Source: an uncultured Bacteroidota bacterium (GTDB taxonomy: Bacteria > Bacteroidota > Ignavibacteria > Ignavibacteriales > Ignavibacteriaceae). Taken from it: a DNA stretch of 64,000 nucleotides. The DNA lies in contig CAVZQU010000007.1 in assembly GCA_963777515.1 (NCBI GenBank), positions 736,763 to 800,762 of the forward strand, written 5' to 3'. A program made the translations under genes and the position numbers. Positions within the stretch are counted from its first letter, which is position 1; each line of letters starts with the position of its first letter. Positions 38,999 to 48,520 of this stretch are shown piece after piece. The notes beneath the pieces were generated by a model, which was not told the DNA's origin, did no database searches, and saw nothing but the letters and a program-made list of their open reading frames with translations.

Positions 38999-41623
38999 CT
39001 ATTTCATTAATATCATTTTCTTTGTTTGGATGTAATTACCAGCAACAACTCTGTAAATATAAATTCCACTGGAAACTTTGCTGCCGTAATTATTCTCTCC
39101 ATTCCATATCTTGTTGTAAACACCTGGAACTTGTTCGGAGCTTACAAGTGTTCTAACTTCTCTCCCAAGTATATCGTATACCTTAAGAGTAACGAATGCA
39201 CTTTGAGGTATAGAATAACTTATAGTAGTAGACGGATTGAACGGATTAGGATAATTCTGGGACACTTCAAATTTAGATGGTATAAGTTTACCATCAGTTA
39301 CATCTGTCGTGGATCCAACTTTTACTACTTCCAAATCATCAAAATAAATTGTTCCGGTAAACCTTGAGTAAATATGTATTCTTGCAGATAAAGCTATCGC
39401 TTTAGGATCATCAGGAACCGTTACATCTACATAATATTTTGTCCAATCAAATGATGTAACATTCGGAAATTGGAATACTAAATCCTGAGCGCCTATTTCA
39501 TCATAAGGTGAATTGTTCATATATCCGCTATGGAATATGGGGGTTATTCCTACAGACCATGTTCCAGGGTATTTTGCTGCTGAATCAGGAACAAGATTGC
39601 TTGCTTTTACCCACACACTAATTCTTATAACATCTCCTGCCTCAATATTAGTTAACGTACTGATATCGTGACTACTATTATTAGAAACTATTTTCTTCAT
39701 TCCCTGGTTATCTAAAGGATATCTTCTTGTTCCTATCCATCCATCATGCGGTTCTCTGTTAAACGGCAGTACAAGCTTCAATGAATGTGTGCCTGTATAT
39801 GCGGCTTCTGTACTTACTACTGTATTCTCAAACCCATTCGATAACTCGCCGTCATTGCCTCCTACCGGCGGCAGCCAGTAGTTCCAGCCTGTCGGCATAC
39901 CTACCTGCGTGTTCCAATCCTGGCCTGCCCAGCCTCCGTTTCTGCCTATCAGCATAAAGTCATCTGCCCATACTGTTCCGGTAGCATTCTTTCCCGCTAC
40001 AAATTTTATGATTGTCTTCCAGGAATCTTTTGGCAATATTGTTTCTCCTACTCCATTCGTATCTGCCATCCAACCGCTGCTTGTGGCTGTACTTTGATCT
40101 ATTGGCATCTTTGTCTCGCCTATCAGCGCTCCGGCACTGTCATAAAAACTATACGATATCCACCATCTCTCATCATCATTTGCCGGATTTGTGTTTACAT
40201 TCATTGTCTTTACATACGCACCTATCTTTATATCTACATCTTTGTAATTCTGTGGTGACCATAAGTCCGTCATGTTCTCTGATATCCAGCTGGCTGAATC
40301 TCCTACGGCTGTCTTCTCTATTTTCAATGAATGGCCCATTGACCTGTATTCATCCGTAGCCCAGCTTAAACTGTTCTCGCCCGGATTATTGCCCATCGTC
40401 CAATATGATGGTAAATTCCCTTCAAAACTACCTACACCGCTTATCTGTGGGATATCCAGTTTTTCTACATTTAATTCATCAAAATATATTGTTCCCGTAA
40501 ATCTTGAATATATATGTATCCTTGCTGAGAATGCTGTTGCTTTAGGATCATCCGGTACTGTTACATCTACGTAATATTTCGTCCACCCGAATGATGTTAC
40601 ACTTGGAAATTGGAATACTAAATCTTGTGCACCTATTTCATCATAAGGTGAATTGTTCATATACCCGCTATGGAATATGGGGGTTATTCCTACAGACCAT
40701 GTTCCCGGGTATTTTGCTGCTGAATCCGGTACTAAATCACTGGCTTTTATCCATACACTTACACGCAGCACATCGCCGGCTTTTATGTTTTGATCTATAC
40801 TATTCAATGGGGCTCTTCTTGTTCCTATCCATCCATCATGCGGTTCTCTGTTAAACGGCAGTACAAGCTTCAATGAATGTGTGCCTGTATATGCGGCTTC
40901 TGTACTTACTACTGTATTCTCAAACCCATTCGATAACTCGCCGTCATTGCCTCCTACCGGTGGCAGCCAGTAGTTCCAGCCTGTCGGCATACCTACCTGC
41001 GTGTTCCAATCCTGGCCTGCCCAGCCTCCGTTTCTGCCTATCAGCATAAAGTCATCTGCCCATACTGTTCCGGTAGCATTCTTTCCCGCTACAAATTTTA
41101 TGATTGTCTTCCAGGAATCTTTTGGCAATATTGTTTCTCCTACTCCATTCGTATCTGCCATCCAACCGCTGCTTGTGGCTGTACTTTGATCTATAGGCAT
41201 CTTTGTCTCGCCTATCAGCGCTCCGGCACTGTCATAAAAACTATACGATATCCACCATCTCTCATCATCATTTGCCGGATTTGTGTTTACATTCATTGTC
41301 TTTACATACGCACCTATCTTTATATCTACATCTTTGTAATTCTGTGGTGACCATAAGTCCGTCATGTTCTCTGATATCCAGCTGGCTGAATCCCCTACGG
41401 CTGTCTTCTCTATTTTCAATGAATGGCCCATTGACCTGTATTCATCCGTAGCCCAGCTTAAACTGTTCTCGCCCGGATTATTGCCCATCGTCCAATATGA
41501 TGGTAAATTCCCTTCAAAACTGCCGTTCTCATTTATTCCACTTTGACCAAACAAAAAATTTGGCGTCAGTGCTAACAAAATAAGCCACAGCCATATAAAA
41601 GATCTGTTAGAAAAATTTCTCAT
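38999..41623 (-). CDS. T9SS-sorted surface protein with two tandem roughly 364-aa CBM-like (jelly-roll) modules
   Basis: Signal peptide. The module starting NGSFEGNLPSYWTMGNN occurs twice. CTD motif QNYPNPFNPSTTISYSIP...GIYIYRVVAGNYIQTKKMILMK. The carbohydrate-binding assignment rests only on the NG.FE...W motif and the locus context. Confidence 0.75.
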   Translation of the reverse strand: MRNFSNRSFIWLWLILLALTPNFLFGQSGINENGSFEGNLPSYWTMGNNPGENSLSWATDEYRSMGHSLKIEKTAVGDSASWISENMTDLWSPQNYKDVDIKIGAYVKTMNVNTNPANDDERWWISYSFYDSAGALIGETKMPIDQSTATSSGWMADTNGVGETILPKDSWKTIIKFVAGKNATGTVWADDFMLIGRNGGWAGQDWNTQVGMPTGWNYWLPPVGGNDGELSNGFENTVVSTEAAYTGTHSLKLVLPFNREPHDGWIGTRRAPLNSIDQNIKAGDVLRVSVWIKASDLVPDSAAKYPGTWSVGITPIFHSGYMNNSPYDEIGAQDLVFQFPSVTSFGWTKYYVDVTVPDDPKATAFSARIHIYSRFTGTIYFDELNVEKLDIPQISGVGSFEGNLPSYWTMGNNPGENSLSWATDEYRSMGHSLKIEKTAVGDSASWISENMTDLWSPQNYKDVDIKIGAYVKTMNVNTNPANDDERWWISYSFYDSAGALIGETKMPIDQSTATSSGWMADTNGVGETILPKDSWKTIIKFVAGKNATGTVWADDFMLIGRNGGWAGQDWNTQVGMPTGWNYWLPPVGGNDGELSNGFENTVVSTEAAYTGTHSLKLVLPFNREPHDGWIGTRRYPLDNQGMKKIVSNNSSHDISTLTNIEAGDVIRISVWVKASNLVPDSAAKYPGTWSVGITPIFHSGYMNNSPYDEIGAQDLVFQFPNVTSFDWTKYYVDVTVPDDPKAIALSARIHIYSRFTGTIYFDDLEVVKVGSTTDVTDGKLIPSKFEVSQNYPNPFNPSTTISYSIPQSAFVTLKVYDILGREVRTLVSSEQVPGVYNKIWNGENNYGSKVSSGIYIYRVVAGNYIQTKKMILMK
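39293..41524 (-). repeat. intragenic tandem duplication, period 1092 bp, with near-identical cores 39722-40430 and 40814-41522
   Basis: Identical antisense ORFs 39909..40097 and 41001..41189 in the ORF track are offset by exactly 1092 bp. I found only 3 differences in the roughly 709-bp cores, all synonymous. The remaining third of each unit is clearly diverged, and the downstream copy carries a 16-aa insertion. Confidence 0.9.
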
Positions 41624-41674
41624 GTTACCTCCTAAATAGGTTTATTTAATGTACTTTGAATTATTCATAATGTA

Positions 41675-42697
41675 TTAATTATTCGGAAAAACCATGTACT
41701 TAATCACATCTTTGGATCTTGGAGAATTAAATATTTTATTTATGTCGCTTTCAGTTAAATTCATTTTTGTTGGATTAAATAAATCCACATTAATTTTTGA
41801 TGAAGTTAAAAGTTCAACTGCTGTTTGGAAAGTAAATGGATTTAATAGTGAAGTTTTTAAAGTGATTTCTTTATGAAAGAATTTTTGTAGATATAGTTTT
41901 ATATACTCGTCATCGCCTGATAATCCAAAAATTAAAACATTCCCACCTTTTCTAACAATCCTTATTGCAGTTTCCACAGCATTTGAGTTTCCTACACATT
42001 CAATGGCTACGTCTACTCCTCCAGAAGTAATATCTATTATTTCTTCCAGAAGATTTGGATTGGTTACATTAAATGTTTTTGCAGCATTTAGTTTGGTCGC
42101 AAAAATTAATTTCTCTGATGAGACATCTAGCGCGAAAACTTTTGAAGCACCTTTTAGAATAGCTAGCTGTAACATTAACAAGCCAATTGTTCCACAACCA
42201 ACAATCGCTACGGTATCATTTAATTTTATCTCTGCTTGATTAATTCCATGCACACAGCAAGAAAGCGGTTCAGCAAATGCTGCTGACTGTATAGAGAAAT
42301 CATTTGGAATTAAATATGCTTGAGAAATTGGTACAACTGAATATTCTGCTAAGCCGCCATTTTGAGTAACACCTAATGCTTTTAAATTTTCACATAAATT
42401 TATTTTGCCAGCCTTACAAAACTTACAATAGCCGCAATGTATATTAGGATTGACAGCAACTTTATCGCCGATAGCAATTTCATTTACATCTTCACCTATT
42501 TCAACTACTTCACCAGCGTATTCGTGTCCCAAAATTATTTGCCTTGCTGCTGGTGCTTCACCGTTGAATATATGAAAATCAGTTCCGCATACTCCGCACG
42601 CCATAACTTTTACCAGAACACTTGCTTTATCTAGCTTAGATATTTTTGTATCAGTTATTTTTATTTGTTTTATATTTTCAAAAACAGCCGATAACAT
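41675..42697 (-). CDS. Zn-dependent medium-chain dehydrogenase (sorbitol/threonine dehydrogenase-like)
   Basis: ACGVCGTDFHIF, GHEYAGEVVEIG, structural-Zn Cys cluster CGYCKFCKAGKINLC, and Rossmann motif VAIVGCGTIG. Confidence 0.85.
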   Translation of the reverse strand: MLSAVFENIKQIKITDTKISKLDKASVLVKVMACGVCGTDFHIFNGEAPAARQIILGHEYAGEVVEIGEDVNEIAIGDKVAVNPNIHCGYCKFCKAGKINLCENLKALGVTQNGGLAEYSVVPISQAYLIPNDFSIQSAAFAEPLSCCVHGINQAEIKLNDTVAIVGCGTIGLLMLQLAILKGASKVFALDVSSEKLIFATKLNAAKTFNVTNPNLLEEIIDITSGGVDVAIECVGNSNAVETAIRIVRKGGNVLIFGLSGDDEYIKLYLQKFFHKEITLKTSLLNPFTFQTAVELLTSSKINVDLFNPTKMNLTESDINKIFNSPRSKDVIKYMVFPNN

Positions 42698-42707
42698 AAA
42701 GTCAGCT

Positions 42708-43727
42708 TTATTTAATTTTTGTGGTTGATTTTCTAATAACTAACTCGACCGGGACTAATACTTTTTTAGGAGATTTAGTTTTATTTTTCAAAATATCAGT
42801 CATAAGTCTCATCGCTTCAATACCCATCTCAATCTTAGGTACTTTAACCGTTGTAAGCGGGGGATCTAAAGATAAATCTGCTTCAACATCATCAAACCCA
42901 ATAAGCGAAATATCATCAGGAACCTTTAAGTTTTTCTCCTTTAAATATTGCATTACACCAATTGCCATAGCATCGTTAGAAGCAAAGATTGCTGTTATAT
43001 TTTTATTTTTTTTCAATAATTTTTTTGCAGCATTGTATCCATTTTCCCTGGCGGGATAGGTTTCATCTGTCACATAATAATTTGGATCATATTTAATATG
43101 AGCATTTTCAAGGGCCATCTTATATCCAAGGAACCTATTAGAAATGCTTGGATGATCTATATCTCCTGCTATAAATCCAATTTTTTTATGTCCAATATTT
43201 ATTAAATGTTGAGTAGCTAACATTCCCCCCGAAATATTATCTATCATAACTACCGGATATTTTTTGTTAAGAGGCAAATAATCAACAAAAGCAACTGGCA
43301 AATCAAATTTTTCAAGTTTAGCTATTAATTCATTTGGAACTTTGCCAGCTATAATTATTCCTGAGACATTTCGCTCCAAAACAAATCTTGGAAGGCGATC
43401 CTCATTTGTAAAGTCAGATGGTATTGTAGTTAACAAGATATAATGTTCATTTTGTCTTGCTTCGAATTCCGAACCCAGAAATATTCTTGTATAAAAAGGT
43501 TCTGATCTTAAGAAATGGTCTTCAGTTAAAATGAAACCAATGTTACCTGTATTTTTTGATACTAGTCCTCTAGCTGCACGTGATGGATAGTAGTTTAACT
43601 CCTTGATTGCCTTGTTAACTTTTGTCTTGGTTTGCTTTGAAATGCGCTTGTGGTTATTAACAACCAACGAAACGGTTGCTACGGAAACGTTTGCTTTTTT
43701 TGCCACATCTTTAATTGTAATTGACAT
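42708..43727 (-). CDS. LacI-family transcriptional regulator
   Basis: HTH MSITIKDVAKKANVSVATVSLVVNN followed by a periplasmic-binding-fold sugar domain. 339 aa. Confidence 0.9.
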   Translation of the reverse strand: MSITIKDVAKKANVSVATVSLVVNNHKRISKQTKTKVNKAIKELNYYPSRAARGLVSKNTGNIGFILTEDHFLRSEPFYTRIFLGSEFEARQNEHYILLTTIPSDFTNEDRLPRFVLERNVSGIIIAGKVPNELIAKLEKFDLPVAFVDYLPLNKKYPVVMIDNISGGMLATQHLINIGHKKIGFIAGDIDHPSISNRFLGYKMALENAHIKYDPNYYVTDETYPARENGYNAAKKLLKKNKNITAIFASNDAMAIGVMQYLKEKNLKVPDDISLIGFDDVEADLSLDPPLTTVKVPKIEMGIEAMRLMTDILKNKTKSPKKVLVPVELVIRKSTTKIK

Positions 43728-43753
43728 TCGATAGGCTTTATTAATTGAAATTA

Positions 43754-43767
43754 GTTAAACGTTTAAC
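43754..43767. promoter_or_regulatory. candidate LacI-family operator, perfect palindrome GTTAAACGTTTAAC
   Basis: 14-bp perfect palindrome with a central CG, 27 bp upstream of the lacI-family start. A weaker second palindrome, GTTAAC-TGTT-TTTAAC, lies at 43772-43787. Confidence 0.6.
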
Positions 43768-44077
43768 CTAAGTTAACTGTTTTTAACTAAGTTGTCAAAT
43801 TAATTTTATATGAGGGAATAAAATAACTTTGAGATTAGATATAAAAAATATGAAATTTTTATTTATATAAATTGATTTGGTAAGATTATGGAAGAGTTTC
43901 GTTTTACCAATTAGCCCTATAGCAATATTAAACGTTATTTGTAAATGTGCTGAATTATTTCGCATTTCAATTTCTTAATGATAATTTCACATATTATAAA
44001 AAAATCCTTTGCAGTTAAACAAATTTTAGATAGCCGTTATTTATGTTTATTAGAAGGAAAGTTTAAATAAGATTTTG

Positions 44078-44436
44078 TGGAGGTGGCGAGAGTCGAACTC
44101 GCGTCCGAAGTTAAGATCCAAAGAACGTCTACACACATAGTTTGCTTTTATTTTTAACTTAAAGTTAAGAAACAAACCAAAATCACTTTAAGCGTGCCTG
44201 CTTAAATTTCATCTCATCAGCACAGACAACTGATTCGACTATCGTACCTAAACGTCGTTCATCCTTATACCGGTACGAGAACATAAAGTGAACGAGCTGT
44301 TAAGAGTTTACTTAAGCAGCTAAGGCGTAATTATATTCGCCAGTTATTGTTTTGTTCCCAACGTTTTACGTGTATTCGGGGAACACGATGCGCAGTTCAA
44401 TGTCTCTTCAACCCCGTCGAAACCAAATTCACCCCC
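44078..44436 (-). ncRNA. ssrA: tmRNA
   Basis: 5' GGGGGTGAATTTGGTTTCGACGGGG. 3' GGACGCGAGTTCGACTCTCGCCACCTCCA. The acceptor stem GGGGGUG/CACCUCC includes the G3:U70 pair. Tag ORF GGC GAA TAT AAT TAC GCC TTA GCT GCT TAA encodes GEYNYALAA. The terminal CCA is not fully encoded. Confidence 0.95.
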
Positions 44437-44473
44437 GGTAAGGAGTATTAAGTCTACAGTCAGCAGCAAATAA

Positions 44474-45029
44474 TTATTTACTGCTCCAGGTAATATCAGG
44501 ATGATTTGAGACTTTATTTTCATAACGTGAAAGAACGAAAAACAAATCTGAAAGTCGGTTTAAGGAATATAATGATGTTGTCGCCAATATTCACTGTACT
44601 ATTTAATGCCACAACTTCTCTTTCAGCACTGTCTAACAATTGTTCGGCAAACATGGCAAAAGCGCTGCTGCTTTTGAACCTCCTGGAAGAATAAAATTTT
44701 TCAAAGGTTCAAGTTTTGCTTCATATTTATCAATTTCATTTTCTAAATCTAAATGAAAACTTTCCGGTGTTCTAGTAATATTTAGTTTTTTATTTTTCTC
44801 AGTATCCGGAGTTGCTAAATCCGAACCGACAGCGAATAATCTGATTTTGAATTTTATTTAACAGCAATTTAACTTTTTCACTTTTAATTTCAGTAATCGC
44901 TAATCCTATAAACGAATTTAATTCATCAATTGTTCCATAGGCTTTAATTCGAAGTGAATTTTTTGAAACTCTTTCTCCCCCAAATAATCCAGTATCTCCT
45001 TTGTCGCCGGTCTTTGTATAGATTTTCAT
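44474..45029 (-). pseudogene. PduO-type ATP:cob(I)alamin adenosyltransferase, at least 2 frameshifts
   Basis: ORF 44799..45029 starts MKIYTKTGDKGDTGLFGGERVSK. The other frames continue as LFAVGSDLATP..., LPGGSKAAA... and VALNSTVNIGDNIIIFLNRLSDLFFVLSRYEN..., ending at the stop at 44474-44476. Confidence 0.75.
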
Positions 45030-45077
45030 TTCTTAAATGGTAAATCTTTTACAGTCACATTTATTGTATTACCGTTT

Positions 45078-46130
45078 TCATTTTTTGCAATAAGCTTGTG
45101 TACCTTCTTCAGCAAATGCTTTTTTAATAAAAGCTAATCCAATATATTTATTAAATCTTAATGATTTAACAGAAGAAGTAATTTTGCCGGCTTCATTATT
45201 ATTTTCATCAGTTAAATTGAATGCCCCATTATTTGCAACTTCTCCTTCGAACTCAACTCCCATTAAATATTTTTGAACTTTCTCATAAGTTTCAAGTCTT
45301 GCTATTACTTCCTGCCCAATATAACACCCTTTAGTAAAACTAACCGCGTTCAATTGATTTGTTTCGTGCGGATTAAAATTATCATTCAATTCATTCGGCG
45401 CTGCCGGAATTCCTTGCTCAATTCTATACGCTTCATATGCTTTTTCTCCAATTAAATTAAAATTAAACGGGCCCTTATTATTCAACATGAACTTAATCAA
45501 CTCTGAAGCATGAACAGGATCAGCAATTATTAAAAACTTCTTATTTCCTTTTTTATCCAGCATTTTAACAAGAAAGAAAATTATTCCGTCAGCATTAATC
45601 ATTTTAAAAGAATTTAATTGAATTTCATTTACTACACTTCCGGCAATTAAAGTTAAAAACGAATCCGCTTGAGGCCCTAATACTTCAAACAAAGAATATT
45701 TTCCATTAATATTCGTAAGCTTTACATCATCAGAAATAACATATTTATTTATCCACATCATTACTTTAGACTGATTAGCAAGATTTCCCATTAAAATTTG
45801 ATAATCATCAAAATTAAAAAAAGTTGTATAATCAATTATTCTTCCTTTTTCCGTAGTAAAAATTGTATCAATTATATTTTCTTTCTGTACATTTTTTGTT
45901 TCGTTAGAAGAAATTCTATTTATAAAATCCAAAACATCTTTTCCCCTTAACTCAATCATTCCACGGTTTGAGACATCTTTAACAGCGACACCTTCATAAA
46001 TCGAATTCACTTCTTCTTCAAGAGAAGCGAACTGGTTTATAATTTTTTTACCGTCAACCAATTCTGACTTATAGCCAAGCGTTTCATATAAATCAATTAA
46101 AGGAAATAATTTTTCTTCAGTTTCAGTCAT
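45078..46130 (-). CDS. YgfZ/GcvT-family folate-binding protein
   Basis: 350 aa. Signature FTKGCYIGQEVIARL near the C-terminal third. GcvT-like N-terminal fold motifs. Confidence 0.7.
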   Translation of the reverse strand: MTETEEKLFPLIDLYETLGYKSELVDGKKIINQFASLEEEVNSIYEGVAVKDVSNRGMIELRGKDVLDFINRISSNETKNVQKENIIDTIFTTEKGRIIDYTTFFNFDDYQILMGNLANQSKVMMWINKYVISDDVKLTNINGKYSLFEVLGPQADSFLTLIAGSVVNEIQLNSFKMINADGIIFFLVKMLDKKGNKKFLIIADPVHASELIKFMLNNKGPFNFNLIGEKAYEAYRIEQGIPAAPNELNDNFNPHETNQLNAVSFTKGCYIGQEVIARLETYEKVQKYLMGVEFEGEVANNGAFNLTDENNNEAGKITSSVKSLRFNKYIGLAFIKKAFAEEGTQAYCKK

Positions 46131-46255
46131 TTACTCTCCTAAATATAATTTCGCAGTAATTCCATCTGATATTATGCATAATTAATAAAATATTATTTTT
46201 TGAAACATCTAATTTAAAAAGAATGATTGAAAATACAATCAATTTTATACAGTGA

Positions 46256-47125
46256 TCAGTACTGCCTTGTTTGTTTTCTGTTCCTTGAACTCACATAAAG
46301 ACTGTCTTTAATATTCCAGGTAAAAGCAACTGAATCAACAGCTTTTATTTCCCTGCCCGAATCGTAATAAATATACTCATAAAAATCCGGGAATTTATCA
46401 TTATTGATATTTGTTATTGTTCGTTTAAAATTTATTCCTTTATATGTCATAAGCAAATGCGGCGGAGAAGTTAAACCATCAACTAAAAAATAATTGTAAT
46501 CAATGTGTCCAACACCTTGTGCATAATGAAAATTAACTTTTATATATGGTGTACCATTATATTTCCAATAATGAAGAGAAAAATTATTGAATCCGCCATG
46601 TGAAGGAATTATCGCTTTCCACACTGTATTAAGCTTTCCGTTATCACAATGAAATAGAACTAGATAAAAAAATGCAGTTCCTAATTTAGTGCTATCCAAA
46701 TCAATGTAACTCTCATCATATCCGATAATATTTTTGGGTTCAATTAATCTCTCCCCTGGACGGGATTCAGCAATCACTCCAAAAATATAACTTCTATCAT
46801 TATCAAAATAAATTACAGCCGGTTTAGGAATATTGTATGTAAACGTCTTATCAAAATTTAATAAGTAAGTTCCCTTAGGATAATTATCTAAAACATATTC
46901 CATAACAGATATAGTATCGCAAGCAAATCTTTCCTTTGTTTGTTCTTTTTTTACCTGAAGATTATACTTTTGAATTTCCAAATCTTTTTCCGGTGAATTT
47001 TCAACTGCTTCCTTATTTGCACCCATCGAAGCTAATTTTTCATCCTGACTTTTTCGGCAGCTGGACGCATATAACAAAATTACAACAGATACAAAAGTTA
47101 TCTTTATGATATTACATCCTGCCAT
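46256..47125 (-). CDS. hypothetical lipoprotein
   Basis: Lipobox-like VVILLYASSC. No family recognised. Confidence 0.5.
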   Translation of the reverse strand: MAGCNIIKITFVSVVILLYASSCRKSQDEKLASMGANKEAVENSPEKDLEIQKYNLQVKKEQTKERFACDTISVMEYVLDNYPKGTYLLNFDKTFTYNIPKPAVIYFDNDRSYIFGVIAESRPGERLIEPKNIIGYDESYIDLDSTKLGTAFFYLVLFHCDNGKLNTVWKAIIPSHGGFNNFSLHYWKYNGTPYIKVNFHYAQGVGHIDYNYFLVDGLTSPPHLLMTYKGINFKRTITNINNDKFPDFYEYIYYDSGREIKAVDSVAFTWNIKDSLYVSSRNRKQTRQY

Positions 47126-47137
47126 AATTAGATAAAA

Positions 47138-48511
47138 CTATAAACTGAACTCTTTCAAGAAATATGCAGAACTTAAAATCCCAAGTTCAAAGTTGTTTAG
47201 ATCAAAGTGCTCATTCGGCGAATGAAGATTTTCTGAATTCAATCCTAAGCCCATTAAAACAGCCGGAGCTTTTAATCTTTTTGCAAATGCAGCAACAATT
47301 GGAATCGAGCCTCCTTCTCGTATAAAAACGGTTTTCTTTTTGAAAGCCGTTCCCATTGCTTTTGCAGCAGCTTTTACTGCATTTCCATCCATGGGCACTA
47401 ATATTGGGACAGCGCCATGTAGATTAAGAACTTTTACTTTTACACTTTTAGGGGCGAGCTCTTTGATATATTTTTCAAACTGGACAGCGATTTTTTTAGG
47501 ATCTTGATAAGGAACTAAACGCATGCTGACCTTTGCTGTTGCTTTAGAAGGCAGTACGGTTTTAGCACCTTTACCCGTGAAACCGCCAATGATTCCATTA
47601 CAATCTAATGTTGGCCGCGCCCAAATTCTTTCTAATGTTGAGTAACCTTTCTCTCCTTTTAATTTTGCGACTCCCAAATCTTTAGCAAATTTCTTTTCGG
47701 AAAATTTAAGTGATTCATATATCGCTCTTTCTTTTTTAGAAAGTTTTTTAACATCATCATAAAATTTAGGAATGGTTATTTTTCCATTCTTGTCCTGAAG
47801 TTTAGAAATCATTGAAGCAAGTATGTTGATTGGATTAGCAACAGCACCGCCAAATGAGCCTGAATGCAAATCTCGGTTTGGCCCTGTAACTTCAACCTCC
47901 AGATAACTTAAGCCGCGCAGTCCATAAGTTAATGTTGGAACTCCTTTATCATATAATGCAGTGTCCGAAATCAAAACAGCGTCACATTTCAAAAGCTCTT
48001 TGTTGGTTTTAATAAATGTTTCCAGACTTTCGCTGCCAATTTCTTCTTCGCCTTCAATTATAAATTTTACATTTAACGGAAGACTGCCGGATACTTTAAA
48101 GAATGCTTCTACACTCTTTATGTGCATATACATTTGGCCTTTATCGTCTGTTGCACCGCGAGCATAAATTTTACCATCTCTAATAGTAGGTTCAAAAGGC
48201 GGAGTTTCCCATAATTCTATTGGATCTACAGGCTGCACATCATAGTGACCATAAATAAGCACTGTAGGCTTACCTGGGGCACCAAGCCACTCACCATAAA
48301 CAAGCGGATGGCCTTCTGTTTTGAAAACCTCAACCCTATTCATTCCGGCTTGCTTCAGCTTATCGGCAACAAAGTTAGCAGCTTTTTTGATATCATTCTG
48401 ATTCTCAGCTAATGTACTGATGCTGGGAATTCTTAAGAGTTCCTTGAGCTCTTCAATATAAACGTTTTTATTTTCTTTTATATATTTAACAACTTCATCC
48501 ATAAAACTCAC
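47138..48511 (-). CDS. M20-family dipeptidase
   Basis: Motifs LIYGHYDVQP, ARGATDDKG, IIEGEEEIGS and HSPNEH. 457 aa. Confidence 0.85.
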   Translation of the reverse strand: MSFMDEVVKYIKENKNVYIEELKELLRIPSISTLAENQNDIKKAANFVADKLKQAGMNRVEVFKTEGHPLVYGEWLGAPGKPTVLIYGHYDVQPVDPIELWETPPFEPTIRDGKIYARGATDDKGQMYMHIKSVEAFFKVSGSLPLNVKFIIEGEEEIGSESLETFIKTNKELLKCDAVLISDTALYDKGVPTLTYGLRGLSYLEVEVTGPNRDLHSGSFGGAVANPINILASMISKLQDKNGKITIPKFYDDVKKLSKKERAIYESLKFSEKKFAKDLGVAKLKGEKGYSTLERIWARPTLDCNGIIGGFTGKGAKTVLPSKATAKVSMRLVPYQDPKKIAVQFEKYIKELAPKSVKVKVLNLHGAVPILVPMDGNAVKAAAKAMGTAFKKKTVFIREGGSIPIVAAFAKRLKAPAVLMGLGLNSENLHSPNEHFDLNNFELGILSSAYFLKEFSL

Positions 48512-48520
48512 TCCTTAATT

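Noticed and set aside
39909-41189. Identical ORFs 39909..40097 and 41001..41189 (and 40012/41203, 40272/41364) as a repeated mobile element or CRISPR-like array
   Set aside because: They are antisense read-throughs of the in-frame 1092-bp duplication inside one sense-strand gene. There are only two copies, with no spacers, no transposase and no terminal inverted repeats.
43728-44077. Genomic island integrated at ssrA (mobile element call)
   Set aside because: I saw no integrase, excisionase, transposase or att-like duplicate of the ssrA 3' end in the window. The position alone is insufficient, so this is kept only as a note under the tmRNA finding.
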